The notes under the pieces were generated by a model. It was not told the DNA's origin and did not search any database. It saw only the letters and a program-made list of their open reading frames with translations. A program made the translations under genes and the position numbers. Source: Clostridiales bacterium UBA5888 (GTDB lineage: Bacteria > Bacillota > Clostridia > Oscillospirales > Oscillospiraceae). From it: a stretch of 64,000 nucleotides of DNA. Shown here piece after piece: positions 59,045-64,000 of the stretch. How positions within the stretch are numbered: the stretch's first letter is position 1; every line of letters begins with the position of its first letter. Location of the stretch: the NCBI GenBank assembly GCA_002431965.1, contig DJEW01000001.1:1504-65503 (forward strand), read 5' to 3'.

Positions 59045-59073
59045 ATAATAGCACCATGCACGGAGCATTGCAA
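59045..59073 (-). promoter_or_regulatory. sigma-A type promoter of the rimP-nusA-infB operon
   Basis: On the minus strand, TTGCAA, a 17-nt spacer, then TATTAT. Confidence 0.55.
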
Positions 59074-59236
59074 GTGTTTTTTGCGGAAAAGCGAGATTTT
59101 TTTCTCGCTCATTTGCAGCTGCATCTCCGTTCCAGCTCCAGACCTTTCCGATTATTCGGGCAGAGCGCACAGCCCGAAAAACGGACGTTGAACGGCGGGA
59201 CGGCATCCTCCGGCTTGCCGCACATCCATGCGTTTT

Positions 59237-60067
59237 TCAGTACGTGAAGTCCGGGACATAATGCGCGTAGAATTCCTCCAGGCATATTCCCTGCTCCATG
59301 ATGAATTTGGCGGCCTCCTCGCCGACATAGCGGTAATGCCACGGCTCGTCCCAGCCGGTCAGCAGCAGCTTGCGCGTGGGGTAGCGCTTGATGAAGCCAT
59401 ACTCGGCGCAGTGCTCGTCCAGCCAGGCGAAGAAGTCAGGGTCCATGTCCTCATATACGACCTTGGTGCGCGCCTTGTCCAGCAGGTCTACCGCGAGACC
59501 GAGCTGATGCTCGCTTGCGCCGGGCAGCATGGTTATCTTCTTTGCCTCCTCGACCGCCTCCTGATATATGCCTGATGGGTCGTCAAAATCGACCGTCTTG
59601 CCGCCGGACATTTCGTAGGCTATCTGGCTCGCCTTTGTGTTGAACAGCTGACTCTGGTATGAATACGTTCTGTATGCGCCCCACACAAACGGAGTGAAGC
59701 CCGCCTCCTGCATCGCCGCAAGCATCGCGTTCAGCTCGTCAACATGATCGGAACGGAAATACATATATTTTGTGATCTCTATTCTTGTTACCGTCGGTTC
59801 ATATGCCGAGGAAAGAAGATTGTCCTCGTTCACTATCGAATATATGTCCAGCGTGATGTCAATATCCGGCCAGATGTCCTCCGTCGGCTCCGGCGTTTCC
59901 TCGGTCGCGTTTGGGTCAAGGAACGTGACGCTGTCGGAGCTGACATACGCGCCGTCAACGCCGCCGAAAATAACATTTGTCTGGCGGTTCATCCGGGATA
60001 TAACGATGGTATATAGAACAAGGCACAGAAATGCCATTGTGATGATCCAAAGTGTTTTTTTCTTCAT
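59237..60067 (-). CDS. M15-family D-alanyl-D-alanine carboxypeptidase (VanY-like) with an N-terminal membrane anchor
   Basis: MKKKTLWIITMAFLCLVLYTIV anchor and the SEHQLGLAVDL zinc-peptidase motif. Start set at 60067. Confidence 0.85.
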   Translation of the reverse strand: MKKKTLWIITMAFLCLVLYTIVISRMNRQTNVIFGGVDGAYVSSDSVTFLDPNATEETPEPTEDIWPDIDITLDIYSIVNEDNLLSSAYEPTVTRIEITKYMYFRSDHVDELNAMLAAMQEAGFTPFVWGAYRTYSYQSQLFNTKASQIAYEMSGGKTVDFDDPSGIYQEAVEEAKKITMLPGASEHQLGLAVDLLDKARTKVVYEDMDPDFFAWLDEHCAEYGFIKRYPTRKLLLTGWDEPWHYRYVGEEAAKFIMEQGICLEEFYAHYVPDFTY

Positions 60068-60291
60068 CTGCACACCCGCCTTTCGCTGCCCTAACCGGGC
60101 AGAATTTATCAAAGACGGAGGTATTATAGCACATGCTCTGCACAAATTCAAGTGCTCTGGCAGATGTTACCCACCCGTGCTCCACAAGGCGCATTATAAA
60201 GCCTGATTGGCCGCATGATCACTTGCCATGTGCCCCACTTGTGTGTAAATATGCTGAAATACTCCGGCGCTGTGCGCCGGAGCAGGCATAA

Positions 60292-60993
60292 TCATCCCGG
60301 GTTTGCGTCCTCTCCCAATGCCGCGCGCAGCTTTTCCAGCGCGCGTTTTTCTATGCGCGATACATACGAGCGGCTTATACCGCATAGCTTCGCCGTTTCG
60401 CGCTGGGTCATCGGCTTTGCTCCGCCAAGCCCATAGCGCAGAGTGATTATCATTCCCTCCCGCTCCGTCAGCTCATGCTGCACGCACTCGCGCAGACTCC
60501 GGCATATCTCTTCACTGCCGATGACATCCGCCATGTCATCCTCACACGCAACAACATCCATCACCGACAGACCGTTTCCGTCGCTGTCCACATCCAGCGC
60601 GTCCGACAGGCTCACATCCCCTGCCGTCTTCTTCTGCGCACGGAAATACATAAGGATTTCATTCTCAATGCATCTGCTGGCGTAAGTTGCGAGGCGGACG
60701 CCCTTATCGGCGCGGTAGGTGTTTATGCCCTTTATCAAGCCTATCGTGCCGATTGAGATCAGATCGTCGATATTATCCGTCTGCGTGTAGTATTTCTTCA
60801 TGATGTGCGCCACGAGCCGCAGGTTATGCTCAACAAGTTTGTTGCGCGCCTCCACATCGCCGTGCTCCGCCCAGCGGGAGAGACATTCTCGCTCCTCTTC
60901 CGCCTCCAGCGGCTTTGGAAACGAGTCTCCCGGCGCTATCCTCAGCGTCATCAGCAGTCCGTTCATCAGCAGTAGTATCGCCGTGTCAAGCAT
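60292..60993 (-). CDS. sigK: sporulation sigma factor SigK (pro-sigma-K), uninterrupted
   Basis: Pro-sequence, then FPKPL...LVEHNLRLVAHIMKKY...DLISIGTIGLIKGI...ATYASRCIENEILMYFR. The HNLRLVAHI and GLIKGI signatures fit SigK better than SigE. ATG at 60993 after GAGGTGAGAAA. Confidence 0.8.
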   Translation of the reverse strand: MLDTAILLLMNGLLMTLRIAPGDSFPKPLEAEEERECLSRWAEHGDVEARNKLVEHNLRLVAHIMKKYYTQTDNIDDLISIGTIGLIKGINTYRADKGVRLATYASRCIENEILMYFRAQKKTAGDVSLSDALDVDSDGNGLSVMDVVACEDDMADVIGSEEICRSLRECVQHELTEREGMIITLRYGLGGAKPMTQRETAKLCGISRSYVSRIEKRALEKLRAALGEDANPG

Positions 60994-61141
60994 TTTCTCA
61001 CCTCTGTTCATTCTATTTCACAGAGACTCGTACTATTTCGGCAATTTGTGCAGCTGATGTTTGAATGACGCGCAGGAGGGCTCTGCTTTGGATTCCTGTT
61101 CTGGGTTCTATGTATCTAGGTTATATGTATATTATTTCCTG

Positions 61142-61546
61142 TCAGTGCCATTGATAGCGGACAAGTGAAGCTTGGACTATGGGTGAAGCTGCAATCATTT
61201 TTTTGTAGTCCTCATATGATTGTTTGTCATTTTCACTGAGGTATTTTTCTAATGGAGCAGCATACTGAAATGCATCACGGAACATTTCCGCAATACATAT
61301 CCCTAGTCCAAAATCTTTGTCTCCCGGCAGAAGCTTTGCATAAGTTTGACTCACCCTGTCATAATAAAAAAATTTGTGCATATTCGGGTGCTCGATAAAC
61401 ACTTTATCTATGTCAGTCCACATCTGTACAAATCTTTCATAGACCTTGTCTTCAAATGAACTACGCGCATAATTGTTTCTTATAAAATTCGCAATTAAGG
61501 TGAAAACCGATACAACCAACGCTATAATTGATAAGGTATTTTCCAT
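61142..61546 (-). CDS. hypothetical membrane-anchored protein (134 aa), AT-rich
   Basis: N-terminal TM segment (LSIIALVVSVFTLIANFI). No family recognised. First gene of the AT-rich segment. Confidence 0.45.
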   Translation of the reverse strand: MENTLSIIALVVSVFTLIANFIRNNYARSSFEDKVYERFVQMWTDIDKVFIEHPNMHKFFYYDRVSQTYAKLLPGDKDFGLGICIAEMFRDAFQYAAPLEKYLSENDKQSYEDYKKMIAASPIVQASLVRYQWH

Positions 61547-62228
61547 ATCCTTCTCCTCTGTGTTTTATAGATGGTTTTGAAGTATTATGCCATGTTTAGT
61601 TCTATTGCCAAGATCTGCTGTGCTGATATTAACGCTGCGGAGCATACGGAGTGATCGAGCGCAATCATGATGACGTAATTACAGTTTCACCATAAAGGCT
61701 GTTTTTCCTATGGTATTTCCTTTTTTTACTTTTGTGCGTTCACGCCATGCTCCCTTTTATCGATTGTCTTTTATCAAGCATCAATCCTTTCTCAATAGCG
61801 TTACTGTTGTTTGGTATTTACATTATCTCTCCTCCCTCTATAAAAACTCATTTTATATGCAGTTTTTTGTATTCCTAATGTATATCTTAGATCTACATTT
61901 TCTTGCTACTCTCCTAAATCCACGGTCTTGTTTCAATTCTTTGAAAAACATCTCTCTGACCTTGGCTCCCAGATGCGCCTTTTTTCTTCTGTAATCCGTA
62001 TAGAGCGACTGCATTTTCATATGGGCGCATACGTTGCTGTTGTTTGTAACGTCTATCAGGAACTGCGACATCTTCTTTACAAACATGTACCATTTCCTCT
62101 CATCAGATGCTTCTCAATCTTAGCGTGAGGTTCTTCTCTTATAATTAGTAAATTTTATGCGCTGCTTAAATGTTCAATACAGTTTAATAACTTGTATAGT
62201 TTACGCACTGTTCTTACCCATGCGACTT

Positions 62229-63482
62229 TTATAATTCTCGCTTTCTTATATTGATGATTTTCTTGCGAAGTGTCAAATTTAATACAAGCTCTGATAGTAG
62301 TGGTGCAATGGCAGCACCGTTTGCAAAAAAAATAGCAATAAGTGAAAAATTGAGAAGAATCGTTGCTACAACTCCAAGAGCAAATGCCTCTCCATATTCT
62401 TTATCATGCCCACTTCCCAATAAGATTTGAATTCCCCACAGATTATTGTCAATAGAAACAATCAACCATAAAGACAAGGGGACAAGCCAAACATAATATG
62501 GAGCATACTCTGCTCCATAAAGCAGATTGACCACAAATTTTGAAAACACACAGACAATCAGCGCAATCAGCGAAAATATAGCTAATAATTTCTTTCTCAA
62601 TCTCAGCACGTAGAAATATCCATCGTCAAGACTGGCTATAAATTTTTTGCTCACAATTGGATATAAAATCTGTGAAATTGGAGTCCATAGCAAAATCATT
62701 ATAGTAGGTATCTTCTGAATTGCAGAAAACACACCAACTTCATAGCTGGTTGCAAAAATGCTCAAAAATGTAATTCCGATGGATCCGAACACCTTAGAAC
62801 AGAGCTGGGTTGTGAATACATAGAAACCATCCTTTAATTCCTCAAAAACCTCACTAATTTTCACTTTTACAAATTTTAGACGGTATTTCTTTTTTGCAAT
62901 AAAAAGACCAACAAACCCGCTCAAAAAAGGAGAAATCGAATATAGTAAACTGTATAGAATCAAATCGTTTGCACTATTGACTAATGCAAAAACTAATACG
63001 GTTGAAATCGTTCTTCCAAGAACATTGACGATTGAAATATATTTCATATCTTCTTTTCCCTGAAAGATCCAGTTCGTTTGGACGCAATATCCCAAAAGGC
63101 ATATCATCAATATCGCAAAGCTACCACATAGTTTTAAGTTGTTTAAATTCAATGAAATATATACTACACCTATAAGAATGCATCCGATAAGTAACACGGT
63201 TCGTCCTAAGACAACCGTTGTAAATGTTCGATTTAAAAGCTTATCATCTAATTCGGTGGCTACTTTTCTAGTAGCCGACATGCCGAATCCATATTCTACA
63301 ACAACTTGAAGATATGTAAGAATGTTTAATGAAATGGAGAAAACACCATAAGAACTTGCGCCTAAAACCCTTGTAATATAGGGAAGTGTCAACAGTGGCA
63401 CTACCAGATTAAAAAATTGCAGGGCATACATCCATAGACCATTAGATACCATTTCGCTTTTCAGAAACTTTTTTATATTCAT
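62229..63482 (-). CDS. wzx: polysaccharide flippase (Wzx / MOP superfamily)
   Basis: 417 aa with about 12 TM segments. N-terminus LWMYALQFFNLVVPLLTLPYITRVLGASSYGVFS is typical of Wzx-type exporters. Hand-counted rows give about 28-38% G+C. Confidence 0.8.
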   Translation of the reverse strand: MNIKKFLKSEMVSNGLWMYALQFFNLVVPLLTLPYITRVLGASSYGVFSISLNILTYLQVVVEYGFGMSATRKVATELDDKLLNRTFTTVVLGRTVLLIGCILIGVVYISLNLNNLKLCGSFAILMICLLGYCVQTNWIFQGKEDMKYISIVNVLGRTISTVLVFALVNSANDLILYSLLYSISPFLSGFVGLFIAKKKYRLKFVKVKISEVFEELKDGFYVFTTQLCSKVFGSIGITFLSIFATSYEVGVFSAIQKIPTIMILLWTPISQILYPIVSKKFIASLDDGYFYVLRLRKKLLAIFSLIALIVCVFSKFVVNLLYGAEYAPYYVWLVPLSLWLIVSIDNNLWGIQILLGSGHDKEYGEAFALGVVATILLNFSLIAIFFANGAAIAPLLSELVLNLTLRKKIINIRKREL

Positions 63483-63496
63483 TTACATTAAGTACC

Positions 63497-63918
63497 TTAC
63501 TTGTCTCCAAGAATGTCTGCAATGCCGATTGAACTTTTCCGGATACGGGCTGTAGATGTTATAGGTACGCAGTCCTGCCCCAAAATGACCAACCGGAACC
63601 TGCAAATAGAAACAAGCCAGCGCTGTCTCAAATGTAGTTGACGTGTCGCCATGTATCAACATGAGATCAGGTTTTACTTCTTCTAGTACATTTTTGATAC
63701 GTCAAGGATATTGACCATTACATCAAATAAGGGCTGTTTGACCTTCATAATAGACAAATCATAATCAGGGACAGCCGAGCATACTTCCAGCGCTTGATCC
63801 AGCATCTTACGATGCTGACCTGTTACGCAGGCAAGCGTTTCAACATTTTCCGTTTCTTTAGTTCATTGACCAGTGGGCTCATTTTGATTGCTTCCTAACG
63901 TATACCGAAAACGAGCAT
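63497..63918 (-). pseudogene. wecB: frameshifted, truncated UDP-N-acetylglucosamine 2-epimerase (wecB/mnaA) remnant
   Basis: My minus-strand translation gives KIMLVFG.., ..NVETLACVTGQHRKMLDQALEV.SAVPDYDLSIMKVKQPLFDV.VNIL, ..KPDLMLIHGDTSTTF.. and ..VGHFGAGLRTYNIYSPYPEKFNR, spread over several frames with in-frame stops. Only about the first 140 codons are present before wzx begins. Confidence 0.7.
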
Positions 63919-64000
63919 TATTTTTTGCTTGCCTCAATCAACTTCTTATAAATCCGATCCATTGTTGCTAAATTATCTGTCTGCTCATAGAACCTTTTAG
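63918..64000 (-). CDS. hypothetical protein, C-terminal end (rest outside the window)
   Basis: An open minus-strand frame ...KRFYEQTDNLATMDRIYKKLIEASKK* runs in from the window edge. Its stop overlaps the wecB-remnant ATG (TAATG). Confidence 0.35.
   Translation of the reverse strand, partial: KRFYEQTDNLATMDRIYKKLIEASKK

Noticed and set aside
61853-62128. Possible transposase, recombinase or sigma-like fragment (77-aa ORF plus an adjacent 59-aa frame on the minus strand).
   Set aside because: I could not match it to any IS or integrase family by eye, and no terminal inverted repeats were seen. I mention it only as a possible gene relic within the AT-rich segment.
1-64000. CRISPR arrays, rRNA genes, intact IS elements or integrases, and classic defence systems (RM, TA, CBASS, retron).
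   Set aside because: I scanned the intergenic regions and ORF translations and saw no regularly spaced direct repeats and no diagnostic motifs.

Overview
The window is 64 kb of a fairly GC-rich chromosome (hand counts on a few rows give about 55-60% G+C). It looks like a spore-forming Clostridia-type Firmicute, since it carries an uninterrupted sigK and a rimP-nusA-ylxR-L7Ae-infB-rbfA-nrnA-truB-ribF operon. No rRNA, CRISPR array, intact transposase or integrase was seen. The main blocks are as follows. (1) 1.4-20.4 kb holds a large accessory cluster whose parts match the bile-acid-inducible (bai) 7-dehydroxylation enzyme set but in a non-canonical number and order. It has 2 acyl-CoA ligases, 3 family III (CaiB/BaiF) CoA-transferases (two are tandem paralogs), 4 SDRs, one OYE-type Fe-S flavoenzyme, one BaiE-like SnoaL/NTF2 protein, an MFS transporter and three regulators. 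This is the best candidate for an undescribed pathway. (2) Next come tRNA-Leu(UAA), an acyl-CoA dehydrogenase and a TRAP transporter. (3) A translationally coupled 4-gene operon of unknown function follows (TPR protein, DUF4037-like nucleotidyltransferase, two conserved hypotheticals), then an arylamine N-acetyltransferase. (4) A glycyl-radical arylacetate decarboxylase operon (hpdB-hpdC-hpdA plus MFS) lies beside a divergent Crp/Fnr regulator. (5) Then come transporters, a DUF1643 / C-N hydrolase / NUDIX / isochorismatase group, tmRNA-ppiB-smpB, a decayed PP2C phosphatase relic, and a gtrA / membrane protein / flavoprotein glycan module. (6) Beyond sigK there is an abrupt switch to AT-rich DNA carrying a Wzx flippase and a frameshifted wecB remnant. 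All functional calls come from motif recognition by eye. No database search was possible.
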